This document shows, piece after piece, positions 1-9,683 of a stretch of DNA of 64,000 nt (position 1 is its first letter; every line of letters starts with the position of its first letter). The DNA lies in contig JASGJH010000001.1 in the NCBI GenBank assembly GCA_047601445.1, positions 5,457,620 through 5,521,619 on the forward strand, given 5' to 3'. This DNA comes from Myxococcales bacterium. Its GTDB lineage: Bacteria > Myxococcota_A > Polyangia > Polyangiales > DASUME01. Under the pieces are notes generated by a model. It did not search any database. It saw only the letters and a program-made list of their open reading frames with translations, and had not been told where the DNA came from. A program made the position numbers and the translations under genes.

Positions 1-1
1 C

Positions 2-1780
2 CTATCCGGCGCTTTCCCCAGCGTGACCACGGCAGCCAACGTAGAGGTCGTACGCAGCGGCAGCACCACGCCCCTCACGGTGGTCGATGCCTCGAGCAGC
101 CGCATCCGCTTCCTGACACCCGCGGGCAGCGGTCTCACCAACTTCCAGCTTCGCATCGCGGGCAAGCTCGTGGAGTTTCAGCGCTACGTGCAGAACTCGG
201 ACGGACGCACGGAGGTGGCGCTGGAGAACGAACTGGCCTTTGCCTACGACGCACCGGTGATCAACAAACTGACTGGCTGCGAGGACCATCCACCGGCGAC
301 CACCCACTGCCCCGACGCGGGCGGCACCACGATCACCATCGATGGCCACAACTTCGGCAGCCAGGCGAGCGACATCAGCGTGATGCTCTCGCAGGAGAAC
401 CTCGGCGACGTGCCCTGCACCCAGGTGGCGCTGGTCGAGCCGCACACCAAGATCTCGTGCACGCTGCCCGCCTACACTCGCTACGAGCCCAGCTTCGACG
501 TGAAGGTCCAGGTGGCTTCGCGAACCAGCGAGCCCGCGCCCCTGCTCGCCTACGCGGGTATCGCGGTGGTGCCCGGTACGCTGCACCTCGAGGGTGCGGA
601 GCCGACGAGTCCGCTACTGCTGTCCGACGTGACGGGCGTGTACGACCTGGTGTTCGACGTGAGCGGGCTCTCGAACGCACAGAGCGCGCTGGTGCGCGTG
701 GGGTCGTTCCCCTGCACCGGAGTTGGCTTGGTGCATCATGACGGCTCGGACCTCACCACGGTGTCCTGCAGTGTGGGCCCGGCCGCGGGCGCCGACTTGC
801 CCATCGTAGTGCGCGACGGCGATCGCTACTCCCCTCCGAGCGAGGATCGCATCAACTATCCCGCGCCCAAGATCATCGCGGGCACCATCCGCGGAGCGCT
901 CGCGGACGACCTCGGTGAGACCAGCTTCAGCGCGCAGGCTTCGCAGGGCGACCGGGTGTTCTTCGATGTCGAGAACGTGTTCGACAAGGCGGTGACTCCC
1001 CCGCTGTTCAGCGCGCACGTGGGCCCCTACGCCTGCGATCGCTTCGTGATCCACGATGGCAGCCCGGCCACCGCCGAGTGCCAGCTTCCGCTCGGTTGGG
1101 GCGGCCCCTATCACATCACCGTGAGCTCGCGCGGTCAGGACAGCGAGCCTGGCACGGACAGCGTGAGCTTCCCCGACACGCCCACCATCGTGGCCCTCGC
1201 GGGCTGCCCAGGAGGCACCGCGTCCGCCACTGGCGGCTGCTCCACCGAGGGCGGCATGGAGCTCAGCGTTACCGTCGATCACCTCGATTATCAGCCTGGC
1301 GATCCGCTGAGCGTGTGGCTCGGCAGTGCTCCGTGCAGTGAGCCGCGCGTCTCCTTGCCGCTGCCCAACAACGCGGTGCGCCGGCGCATCTACTGCACTG
1401 TGCCTCCCGGCCTCGGCAACGCCGCGGCGCGCGTGATCTGGGGCCTGAAGCAGTCACCTCCGGCGGCGCTCTTCGCCTATGGGTCACCGACCATCGACTC
1501 CCTGAGCGGCTGCACGGACCAGGGCGACACGACGCTGGCCTGCCCGCGCAACGGTGGCGTGAAGCTCACCATCCAGGGTGAGAACTTCGGCGCTTCGGGT
1601 GCCCAGGTGCGTATCGGCGAGCAGAACTGCCTGGGCGTCGCGCACGACGTACTCACACCGCACCGAAAGCTCACGTGCACATTGCCGTCAGGGTCGGGCC
1701 AGAATGTGCCTGTCTGGGTCGTCAACGGCGGTAGCGGGGGCGAAGCGTTTTACATGAGCTACGCCCCAGCGGGCGGCTGA
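2..1780 (+). CDS. IPT/TIG-repeat cell-surface protein, 5'-partial (frame open to window edge)
   Basis: Long ORF with no stop upstream to position 2. Repeated Ig-like modules of the form ...TITIDGHNFG / VKLTIQGENFG... typical of IPT/TIG domains. Ends in a Gly-rich tail. Confidence 0.55.
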   Translation, partial: LSGAFPSVTTAANVEVVRSGSTTPLTVVDASSSRIRFLTPAGSGLTNFQLRIAGKLVEFQRYVQNSDGRTEVALENELAFAYDAPVINKLTGCEDHPPATTHCPDAGGTTITIDGHNFGSQASDISVMLSQENLGDVPCTQVALVEPHTKISCTLPAYTRYEPSFDVKVQVASRTSEPAPLLAYAGIAVVPGTLHLEGAEPTSPLLLSDVTGVYDLVFDVSGLSNAQSALVRVGSFPCTGVGLVHHDGSDLTTVSCSVGPAAGADLPIVVRDGDRYSPPSEDRINYPAPKIIAGTIRGALADDLGETSFSAQASQGDRVFFDVENVFDKAVTPPLFSAHVGPYACDRFVIHDGSPATAECQLPLGWGGPYHITVSSRGQDSEPGTDSVSFPDTPTIVALAGCPGGTASATGGCSTEGGMELSVTVDHLDYQPGDPLSVWLGSAPCSEPRVSLPLPNNAVRRRIYCTVPPGLGNAAARVIWGLKQSPPAALFAYGSPTIDSLSGCTDQGDTTLACPRNGGVKLTIQGENFGASGAQVRIGEQNCLGVAHDVLTPHRKLTCTLPSGSGQNVPVWVVNGGSGGEAFYMSYAPAGG

Positions 1781-1919
1781 GAAGATCGCTGACAAACGTT
1801 CGCCGGTCGTGAGCGTGGTGGTGGACATCGACTTTACATCGACTTTGACGGGCGACGGCGTGCGTGGCCGCTCTTGCGGTTGACGCTCCGAACATTCGAC
1901 GCTCACGCAGTCGACGAAC

Positions 1920-4900
1920 TCACGAGGAAGAGGCTAGTGCGCGCTCTACACAAGCCAGCAGCTGGGGCGTGTTGTACGGCTTCTGCAGAAACAACATCCC
2001 GGGCTCCTGGGACTGAAACCCTTGCGTGACGATGTCCTTGCTGTGACCACTCGTGAGGATGGTCTTGATCTGGGGTCGCTTGCTCCGAACGAGCTCGGCG
2101 ACTTGAAGGCCACTCAGGCCGCCCGGCATCATGACGTCGGTGAGCAAGAGGTCGATGTCGCCGTCGTAGGTCGTCGCGGTCCGCACCGCCTCGACCCCAT
2201 CCGCGGCTTGCAGAACCTCGTAGCCCTGGGATTCGAGACTCCTCGCAAGCACCGCACGCACTGCGCCCTCATCCTCGACCACGAGTACGGTCCTGCCCTC
2301 ACCGTGCGGAGCCGGCTCTCGAGCTGCGAGGCTCATGGTCTCGGCTGGAGCCTCGACGAGCGGCAGCAGGACCTTGAAGGTGGTGCCGCGTCCCAGCGTC
2401 GTGTCCACCGTCACCGAGCCACGATGCTGCTTGATGATCCCGTAGACCGTGGAGAGGCCGAGGCCGCTGCCCTGACCCACTTCCTTGGTGGTGAAAAACG
2501 GCTCGAAAACGTGCGGCAAGACGTCCGGCGCGATCCCCGAGCCGGAGTCTGAAAGCGAGAACATCGCCCATCGCCCGGCCGAGACATCCGCCACGGCAGC
2601 CGCCTCGCTATCGTCGAAGTGCGCCACCGAGGTCCGAATCTGCAGGCTGCCCCCGTGTGGCATGGCATCGCGGGCGTTGACTGCGAGATTCAGCAGCACC
2701 TGCGTGAGCATGTTCGAATCGGCAAACACCACGATCGCCTCGGGGGTCGGATCGAAGCGCAGCGCAATGTCTTCCCCGAGGATGGGCGTCAGCATGCGCA
2801 ATGCCTCGAGAATGGTCTGATTGAGATCGACGTTCTGGGGCTGCATCATGCTGCGGCGTCCGAACGCGAGCAGCTGCGCCGTGAGTCCCGCCGCTCGCTC
2901 GGCCGCGCGCTCAATCTCGTGGACCGGCGCCGAGATCGACGGCGGGAGGTCCCGACGCGCCTCGAGCATGGATGCCTGCGCGAGCACGACCGTCAGAATG
3001 TTGTTGAAGTCGTGGGCGACGCCGCCTGCGAGTTGGCCGATCCCCTCGAGCTTCTGTGCTTGCCGCAGCTCCTCCTCCAGCTGCTTGTGGCGAGTCATGT
3101 CCACGACGGCCTTGGTCACGCGCAGCGGCTTGCCCGAGGCGTCGCGTTCGACACGCCCCTTGATCGAGACCCAGATCCAGTGGCCGGCCGCGTGGAGCAC
3201 GCGCAGTTCGAGGTTGAGCTCCTCGCCGTGGAGCAAGAGGTCGGCCAGGACCTCGCGAACGAGAGCCCGGTCCTCGGGATGCACGATGTCCATGCACATG
3301 GCGAGGCCGCCCGCTTCCATCTCCTGCCGCGTCCGACCGAGGAGTTCGAGCAAGGGCTCATCCCAGAGCATGCGATCTTCCTCGATCTCCCAGACGCTCG
3401 TACCGATTCCGCCCGCGCGTAGCGCCGCATGCAAGCGTTCCTCGGACTCGCGCAGGGCCTCTTCGGCGCGCTTGAGCGGGTCGATGTCGGTGGCGGTGGC
3501 GACCGTGTAGAGCAGCTGACCGGAGCTGTCCCAGACAGGCACGGCGCGCGCGGTGACCCAGTGATACTCGCCGGTGCGATCGCGGATTCTGATCTCGTAA
3601 GTGGTCTCCCCTTCCTCACCCTTCAGGATGCGGTCCCACGCACCTCGGACTCGCTCAGCGTCCTCGGGATGCAGCGCCCTCGCCCACAGCGCAGGGGCCG
3701 TGAACGTTTGGTCGCCAGCCGAAGCGCCGGGTGAGAAGTAATCACGCCAGCGCTTGTTGGTGTAGATGTAGCGACCGTCCGGCGCGATTTGAGAGACGAG
3801 GTGTGGGATGGCATCGGCGAGGCTGCGCAGCTGCTCTTCGCTCTCGCGCAGGACGCGCTCCGCCTCCTTGCGGGGGGTGATATCCAGGGCGACCCCTTCC
3901 ATCATGGGCGGAGTGGTATCGGTTCCCTCGTAGGCTCGTGCCCTGGACGACAGCCACGCGCAGGTCCCGTCGGGTCGTAGACAGCGGAACTCGATCTCGT
4001 ACTCACTGTGGTGATCGAGGGCGTACTGGACGGTCTCCCGAACCCGTTGTTGGTCGTCCGGATGGACGTGCGCCATGGCACTCTCGAACGTCAACGGCGA
4101 CTCGGCCGACAACCCGAACATCGCCCAGCACTCCGCGGACCCCTCGACCTGATTGGTTTGTAGGTTCCAGTGCCAGGTGGCGAGCTTCGCGCCACGGACT
4201 GCAAGGCGGAGGCGCTCCTCGCTGTGGCGAAGGCTCTCCTGGGTCCGTCTTTTCTCGGTCAGGGCCTCGGCGAAGATGACGATGCCGCCTACTCCGCCGT
4301 CCGGCGTGTGCCAGGGATGAACCTCCCAGCGCAGCCATTCGACGCTTCCGTCGGCGCGCACGAAGGTGTCCTCCTCGGCGCGCTGGTGGTCCCCCGCGAG
4401 GCAGCGTTGGTGGACTTCCTTCCAGCGCTCCGGGAGCTCGGGAAAGACCTCGTAGTGGCTGCGACCCAGGATGGAGGGCGACAAGCCATAGTGGCTGCGC
4501 CACTGTGCGCTGGCCGCCAAGTACCGCATGTCGGTGTCGAACATCGCGAGCGAGAGCGGGCAATGCTCGATGCAGGCGGCGACCTGGCCTCGTTGTCGCG
4601 CCAGGGCTTCTTCGGCGGCTCGCTGGTCGGTCACGTCCTCATGGGAGCCCTCCCATCGGAGCAGGCGACCATGCTCGTCCCGCTCGGCCACCGCCAAGCA
4701 CAGGATGTGGCGGTAGGAGTCGTCCTTGTGGCGAAGGCGGTACTCGAGCCGCAACAGCGCCGGCTCCTTGGCGAGCTTGGTCGCCGTGAACGCACTCCGC
4801 AGGCGTTCGAGATCCTCCGGATGCACGCGCTGGTGCCACGCCAGCAACCGGTTGGGAAACTCCTGCTCAGAAAAGCCCAGCTGGCGCTTCCAGGCCGCGT

Positions 4901-5045
4901 CGAAGAACGCGTGGTCGTTGCGGACGTCCCACTCCCAGAGTCCGACCCCTCTCGCCTCGATGGCCGCGCGGAACAATCGGACTTGTGAGTCGACCCGTTC
5001 GGATCTGGTCCATTCCGGTCCTGAATGGCGATGCGCTCTGGGCAT
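1920..5045 (-). CDS. Multi-PAS/PAC hybrid sensor histidine kinase with C-terminal receiver domain
   Basis: At least four PAS/PAC-like blocks, then HisKA (HDFNNILTVV), HATPase_c (GSGLGLSTV) and a REC domain (LLLTDVMMPGGLSG). ORF extends to 5243; the Met at 5045 is favoured because it avoids a divergent overlap with the helicase gene. Confidence 0.8.
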   Translation of the reverse strand: MPRAHRHSGPEWTRSERVDSQVRLFRAAIEARGVGLWEWDVRNDHAFFDAAWKRQLGFSEQEFPNRLLAWHQRVHPEDLERLRSAFTATKLAKEPALLRLEYRLRHKDDSYRHILCLAVAERDEHGRLLRWEGSHEDVTDQRAAEEALARQRGQVAACIEHCPLSLAMFDTDMRYLAASAQWRSHYGLSPSILGRSHYEVFPELPERWKEVHQRCLAGDHQRAEEDTFVRADGSVEWLRWEVHPWHTPDGGVGGIVIFAEALTEKRRTQESLRHSEERLRLAVRGAKLATWHWNLQTNQVEGSAECWAMFGLSAESPLTFESAMAHVHPDDQQRVRETVQYALDHHSEYEIEFRCLRPDGTCAWLSSRARAYEGTDTTPPMMEGVALDITPRKEAERVLRESEEQLRSLADAIPHLVSQIAPDGRYIYTNKRWRDYFSPGASAGDQTFTAPALWARALHPEDAERVRGAWDRILKGEEGETTYEIRIRDRTGEYHWVTARAVPVWDSSGQLLYTVATATDIDPLKRAEEALRESEERLHAALRAGGIGTSVWEIEEDRMLWDEPLLELLGRTRQEMEAGGLAMCMDIVHPEDRALVREVLADLLLHGEELNLELRVLHAAGHWIWVSIKGRVERDASGKPLRVTKAVVDMTRHKQLEEELRQAQKLEGIGQLAGGVAHDFNNILTVVLAQASMLEARRDLPPSISAPVHEIERAAERAAGLTAQLLAFGRRSMMQPQNVDLNQTILEALRMLTPILGEDIALRFDPTPEAIVVFADSNMLTQVLLNLAVNARDAMPHGGSLQIRTSVAHFDDSEAAAVADVSAGRWAMFSLSDSGSGIAPDVLPHVFEPFFTTKEVGQGSGLGLSTVYGIIKQHRGSVTVDTTLGRGTTFKVLLPLVEAPAETMSLAAREPAPHGEGRTVLVVEDEGAVRAVLARSLESQGYEVLQAADGVEAVRTATTYDGDIDLLLTDVMMPGGLSGLQVAELVRSKRPQIKTILTSGHSKDIVTQGFQSQEPGMLFLQKPYNTPQLLACVERALASSS

Positions 5046-5106
5046 GGCTTTCCCCCAAGTACGCACTCCTCGGCGTATGGCCTCATCATGAGCTACGCTC
5101 CCGCGC

Positions 5107-7443
5107 GTGACGTCGACGCAGCCGGGCAACGCCGAGAGCGCGGTTGGGGTGGGCGATGGCCGCGTGGGAGCGCTGCTCGGTCCCACCAACACGGGTAAGA
5201 CCCATCGCGCCATCGAGCGCATGCTCGAGTTCGACACAGGCATGATGGGCCTGCCGCTGAGGCTGCTGGCGCGCGAGGTCTACGACCGCGTGAGCGCGCG
5301 ACTGGGCGAGCAGGCGGTGGCCTTGGTCACCGGCGAAGAAAAGCGCGTGCCGGCCAAGCCGCGTTACTGGATCTGCACCGCCGAGGCGATGCCCCGCGAC
5401 TTGAGCGTGGATTTCCTGGCGCTCGACGAGGTGCAGCTGATCGCTCACCCAGAGCGCGGTCACGTATTCACCGATCGCGTGCTGCACTGGCGCGGTCGCG
5501 CCGAGACATGGTTCATGGGCTCCGACACCAGCGAGCGCCTGCTGCGCGGGTTCGTGCCGGGCCTGTTCGTCAACAAGCTGCCCCGGCTTTCCCAGCTCAC
5601 GCACCTGGGCAAGAGCAGCTTGCGCACACTGCCCCGCCGCAGCGCAGTGGTGGCCTTCAACTTGCCACAGGTGTACGAGCTGGCCGATGCGCTGACTGCG
5701 CGCCGCGGTGGTGCCGCCGTGGTGCTCGGCGCGCTCTCGCCGCGGGTCCGCAACGCCCAGGTCGCGCTCTACCAGGCCGGCGAAGTCGACTTCCTGGTGG
5801 CCACCGATGCCATTGGCATGGGCCTGAACCTCGACATCGACCACGTGGCGCTGGCAGGACGCACCAAGTTCGACGGCTTCGAGACCCGCCCGCTGGAGGA
5901 CGCCGAGCTGGCGCAAATCATCGGGCGGGCCGGCCGCTACTTGCGGGACGGAACGTTCGGCACGCTGGCGCCCGAACCAGAGCTGCCGCCGGGTTTGGTG
6001 AAGCGCCTCGAGTCCCACCACTTCCCTTCCCAGCGTTTCGCCTATCATCGCAACGCCGACTGGGACTTCAGCAGCACCCAGGCCCTGCTCGTGAGCCTGG
6101 CCCTCAAGCCCTCGCAACCGCACCTGGTATCCGCTCCAGACGGCGACGACGTGCTCGTGCTGCGTGTGCTCGCCAAACGACCCGAGGTGATGCAGCGCAC
6201 CCGCACGCGCCGCGGTGTGCAGCTCCTGTGGGACATCTGTCGCATTCCCAACTACGAAAAGCGCATCCCCGAGCACCAGGCGGAGCGCCTGCTGCCGCTG
6301 TTCGTTCAGCTCGCCGATCACGACGAGCTCACGGCCGAGAGCGTGGACCGCGAACTCACGCGGCTGGCACGCTTCGACGGCGACATCCACCAGCTGATGG
6401 ATCGCCTGTCCGGCGTGCGCACCTGGAACTACGTGAGCCATCAGGCCGGCTGGGTCGAGGAGGCCCGCGACTTGCGTGAACGCACGCGCGAGCTCGAGGA
6501 CAAGCTGGGCGACCTCTTGCACCAGCGCTTGCGCGAGCGCTTCGTGGGCAAGACCAAGCGTCACCCGCCGCCCCGCGCAGCCGGCAAGGAGAGCAGCGTA
6601 GCCGGGCCCCACAGCCCCTTCGCCAAGCTGATGGACCTGCCTATGTACGCGGCCCAGGGCGACGCCGAACACGACGAGCAGCGCTGGGTCGAGGAGCTCA
6701 TCGAGGCGCCGTTCGAGGCCATTCGGATCGACGCCAAGGGGGAGCTCGGGTTCGAGGGTCATCGCATCGCCAAGCTCGAGACGGGACCCACGCGCCTGCG
6801 TCCCGAGCTCAAGCTGCTCTTGCCGGACTGGGTCAGCGCAGGCACCCGTGCGCGGGTCACACGCCGCCTGGTGGCCCACGTGCGCGACAGCGTGAGCTTT
6901 CTGTTGGAGCCGCTGGCGCTCGACGACTCGGCGAGCCCGGCCTTACGCGGCCTCTTCTACCAACTCGAGCAGGGACTCGGCAGCGTGCCGGTGGCGAGCG
7001 CGCGCGAGCAACTGCGCGTGCTCTCTGCACGAGAGTTCGAGGGCCTGCGTGAGCGCGGTGTGAGCGTGGGCCGCTTCAGCGTGTTCTCGCTGCCCATGCT
7101 GGAGCCGACCCGCCTCGCTCTGCGCTGCGCGCTGGTCACGGCCTCCTTGTTTCGCGACGTGCGCGCCAGCGTGGCCCTGGCCAGCGAGCACGTGGTCGCC
7201 GACCGCATCGACCAGCTCGGCCGCGAGCACTGGTTTGCCCTGGGATTCGTGCAGCTCTCGAGCGTGGCCGTACGCTGTGACGCGGTCGAAGAGCTCTCGC
7301 TCCGGCTGTCACCGCTCTCGCTGGAGGAGCGCGTGAAGGAGATTCAGTTCGTGCTCAGCTGCAAGCCGGAGCGCGCGCAAGCCCTGGCTCAGGAGCTCTT
7401 TCGCACCCGCAAGCGACGCAAGCGCAAGTCGGTCCCGCGGTAG
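5107..7443 (+). CDS. SUV3-like superfamily-2 ATP-dependent RNA/DNA helicase
   Basis: N-terminal Walker A (GPTNTGKTH), then LPLRLLAREVYDRV and a DEVQ box, matching the Suv3/SUPV3L1 helicase arrangement. Long C-terminal extension ending in a KRRKRK tail. Confidence 0.65.
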   Translation: MTSTQPGNAESAVGVGDGRVGALLGPTNTGKTHRAIERMLEFDTGMMGLPLRLLAREVYDRVSARLGEQAVALVTGEEKRVPAKPRYWICTAEAMPRDLSVDFLALDEVQLIAHPERGHVFTDRVLHWRGRAETWFMGSDTSERLLRGFVPGLFVNKLPRLSQLTHLGKSSLRTLPRRSAVVAFNLPQVYELADALTARRGGAAVVLGALSPRVRNAQVALYQAGEVDFLVATDAIGMGLNLDIDHVALAGRTKFDGFETRPLEDAELAQIIGRAGRYLRDGTFGTLAPEPELPPGLVKRLESHHFPSQRFAYHRNADWDFSSTQALLVSLALKPSQPHLVSAPDGDDVLVLRVLAKRPEVMQRTRTRRGVQLLWDICRIPNYEKRIPEHQAERLLPLFVQLADHDELTAESVDRELTRLARFDGDIHQLMDRLSGVRTWNYVSHQAGWVEEARDLRERTRELEDKLGDLLHQRLRERFVGKTKRHPPPRAAGKESSVAGPHSPFAKLMDLPMYAAQGDAEHDEQRWVEELIEAPFEAIRIDAKGELGFEGHRIAKLETGPTRLRPELKLLLPDWVSAGTRARVTRRLVAHVRDSVSFLLEPLALDDSASPALRGLFYQLEQGLGSVPVASAREQLRVLSAREFEGLRERGVSVGRFSVFSLPMLEPTRLALRCALVTASLFRDVRASVALASEHVVADRIDQLGREHWFALGFVQLSSVAVRCDAVEELSLRLSPLSLEERVKEIQFVLSCKPERAQALAQELFRTRKRRKRKSVPR

Positions 7444-8507
7444 CGCCGCCGCGCGACGAAGGCGAGCAACGTGAATCCCCACGCCCAGCTGATTCCGCCA
7501 CCCGTGCGCCCAGGCCGCAGCGTGCAGTCGTCGAAGCAGCTGTCAGGCGCGGGGGCGGCATGATAGGGCTTCTCGTAGTAGGCGCGCTCGAGACACACCA
7601 CGTTCGACGCCACGCTCTCGTTCCCCGCGCGGTCGCGCACCACCACGACGGCCGGCATCTTCTCCCCCGGCAAGAGCCCTGCCGCGGCCAAGTCTACGCT
7701 CAAGGTGGTGTCCTGCGTTTCGAACACTGGCAACGAGGACGCGCCGCCCGGCAAGGGTTGCCCCTCATTCAGATAGGACGACCCACAGGGCCCGGGATTG
7801 GCTAGCCGCACGTCATTGGGGTTGAGATACACCACGAAGTGATGCTCTGAATCCGGCAAGGTCCCTTGCCAGCTCAGCTGGCCGGTGATTTGCCCGCTCG
7901 TCGCGGTCAGACCGGCAGCCGGAGCCGGAGCATCCACATCAACATCGAAGTGAAAGATGCGCGGTTCGCCGAGGCCCGTGTCGGGCACGCTCCCGATCTC
8001 GTTGGGAGTGTCGTTGACGAGCGGCACCACGTACAGGTCCCAGCGCCCGCGGCGATCGCATGCCTGCTGGCCTGGTGAGGCGAAGAGCTCCGAGGCATGC
8101 AGCGTGAATACCTCGCGCACGACGTCGATGTTGCGCTGCGTCCGAGCGATCTTCGTGCAAAGTGTGCCCGTGCTCGTCATCGCGCGCGCGTCCGGTGTCC
8201 AGCAGTCTTGGCCGGGTTGTCCGAGCCAGAGCTCCATGAGCTGCGCGTCGATGGCTGCAGACGTGCGGAGGTAGTTGAAGGCGAACTTGATCTTGGTGCT
8301 ATCGGCACCGTCGTCCACTGCCCCCTCGCACTGGAGCTTGCTGATGGTGAGCGGCAGGAGGCTCGGCATCTGCTGCTCTCCCCCGATGCTCACCTCGACG
8401 TTAAGGAGAGGAAAGGAGTAATCCGAAGCCTTCTGGGCCGCCGCGGTAATCGGCACCAGCCACACGCAGACCAGACTACTCACGATCGACGCTACGTACT
8501 CTCGCAT
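7389..8507 (-). CDS. Secreted hypothetical protein with MYXO-CTERM-like C-terminal sorting tail
   Basis: Signal peptide MREYVASIVSSLVCVWLVPITAAAQ. C-terminus CFDDC...GGGISWAWGFTLLAFVARRRYRG is a Cys/Gly segment, then a TM helix, then Arg cluster. The 8507 start was checked against the sequence (cat at 8505-8507). Confidence 0.55.
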   Translation of the reverse strand: MREYVASIVSSLVCVWLVPITAAAQKASDYSFPLLNVEVSIGGEQQMPSLLPLTISKLQCEGAVDDGADSTKIKFAFNYLRTSAAIDAQLMELWLGQPGQDCWTPDARAMTSTGTLCTKIARTQRNIDVVREVFTLHASELFASPGQQACDRRGRWDLYVVPLVNDTPNEIGSVPDTGLGEPRIFHFDVDVDAPAPAAGLTATSGQITGQLSWQGTLPDSEHHFVVYLNPNDVRLANPGPCGSSYLNEGQPLPGGASSLPVFETQDTTLSVDLAAAGLLPGEKMPAVVVVRDRAGNESVASNVVCLERAYYEKPYHAAPAPDSCFDDCTLRPGRTGGGISWAWGFTLLAFVARRRYRGTDLRLRRLRVRKSS

Positions 8508-8606
8508 GCCCCTCGACTCGTACCCGCGCTGCGACGCAGGCGGTGTACTCGCCTGGCGGCGACGCGTCCATGGGCCAGCCCCTTCAAACACCCCGAGCAC
8601 CAGCCC

Positions 8607-9665
8607 CTAAGGTCCCGAACATGCGGCTGGCACGGCCTCCCGGAACAGATCGGTGTTGGCTGCGGCCAGCGCCAGCGCGTCGCAGGTCCATGACGCGGCG
8701 GACGGTGCACGGACCCACTCTGCGACGCTGTATTCGGGCGCACAGGCCGGTGGCGCGCCGATGGCGCAGTTCGGGCCCATCGGATCGCAGCCGAGCACGC
8801 TATTCTGGCGCACCGAGCTGAAGCGGCCCAGCAGCACGTCGTGGCTCGCGGCCTTGAAGTGGATATCGAGGTAGTGGTCGCGGGCGCGCTGCACGAGGTG
8901 CATGGCCACCTTGTCGAACCCCTGCACCTGCGCATAGATGGTGAAGCCCGGTGCGCCATCGTGGTCGTCGTCGTTGATTCGGCAGTCGCTCGCGCTCCCC
9001 GCTGCGGGCAGCGCGCTGAGATCGCTCGGACACGTGCAGGGCGCGTTGTTGAGCCAGGGCTTCTCGGCGGTGGTAGTGGGCAGCGTCTGGCCGGAGGAAC
9101 AGCCTGCGGGCTGCATGAGGGAGTAACCGAGTCCCACCACGGGTTGGTCCGAATCGAACGTCCGACTCTGCGCGTCGAATTGCAGCTCGAAGCGATTGGG
9201 TGGCGTCTGACTCGCCTCGAACTCTGTGGTCGCCGGGATGGTGGCGAACAGCGACTGACCGAAGTAGTGGCACGGTTGCTCCCGCATCACGAGCACGCCG
9301 CCTTCGGAGCTGAACTCCACCAAGCTCAAGCCGGTGGTCAAGGGCTTGGCCGCCGGGTCGTCGGCCCGGAAGAAGAGCCGCATGTAGTAGCGCCCGAGCA
9401 TGCGCTGCGTGAGCTGCTCGGGCGTCTCCACGTTGCCAGCATCCGTATCGCCCAGTGGGTCGGTGTGTTGGCTGCTCGCGTCGTCCGAGGCACCCGAGTC
9501 ACGGGGCGGCTCCGCTGCGGCGTCGGCGTGCGAGCCATCTGGCTGGCTCCCCGCGTCGAGATCACGGAACTGCGGATCGGTGCAGCTCGCGCACACCAAG
9601 CCAGCAGCGAGGCAGCCCCCTGCGCGCAGCCAGTCCCTGCGGCCCCCACGAAACCTGAGCATCAC
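8607..9665 (-). CDS. Secreted/lipoprotein-like hypothetical protein
   Basis: N-terminal hydrophobic leader with Cys (LAAGLVCASC). Acidic, Ser/Asp-rich mature region. No recognisable catalytic motif. Confidence 0.45.
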   Translation of the reverse strand: MMLRFRGGRRDWLRAGGCLAAGLVCASCTDPQFRDLDAGSQPDGSHADAAAEPPRDSGASDDASSQHTDPLGDTDAGNVETPEQLTQRMLGRYYMRLFFRADDPAAKPLTTGLSLVEFSSEGGVLVMREQPCHYFGQSLFATIPATTEFEASQTPPNRFELQFDAQSRTFDSDQPVVGLGYSLMQPAGCSSGQTLPTTTAEKPWLNNAPCTCPSDLSALPAAGSASDCRINDDDHDGAPGFTIYAQVQGFDKVAMHLVQRARDHYLDIHFKAASHDVLLGRFSSVRQNSVLGCDPMGPNCAIGAPPACAPEYSVAEWVRAPSAASWTCDALALAAANTDLFREAVPAACSGP

Positions 9666-9683
9666 CCCGCTACCTTACACCAA

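Noticed and set aside
2-586. 194-aa minus-strand ORF antisense to the IPT/TIG gene
   Set aside because: Arg/Gly/Ala-rich frame artefact of high-GC DNA. It lies fully inside a better-supported gene on the opposite strand.
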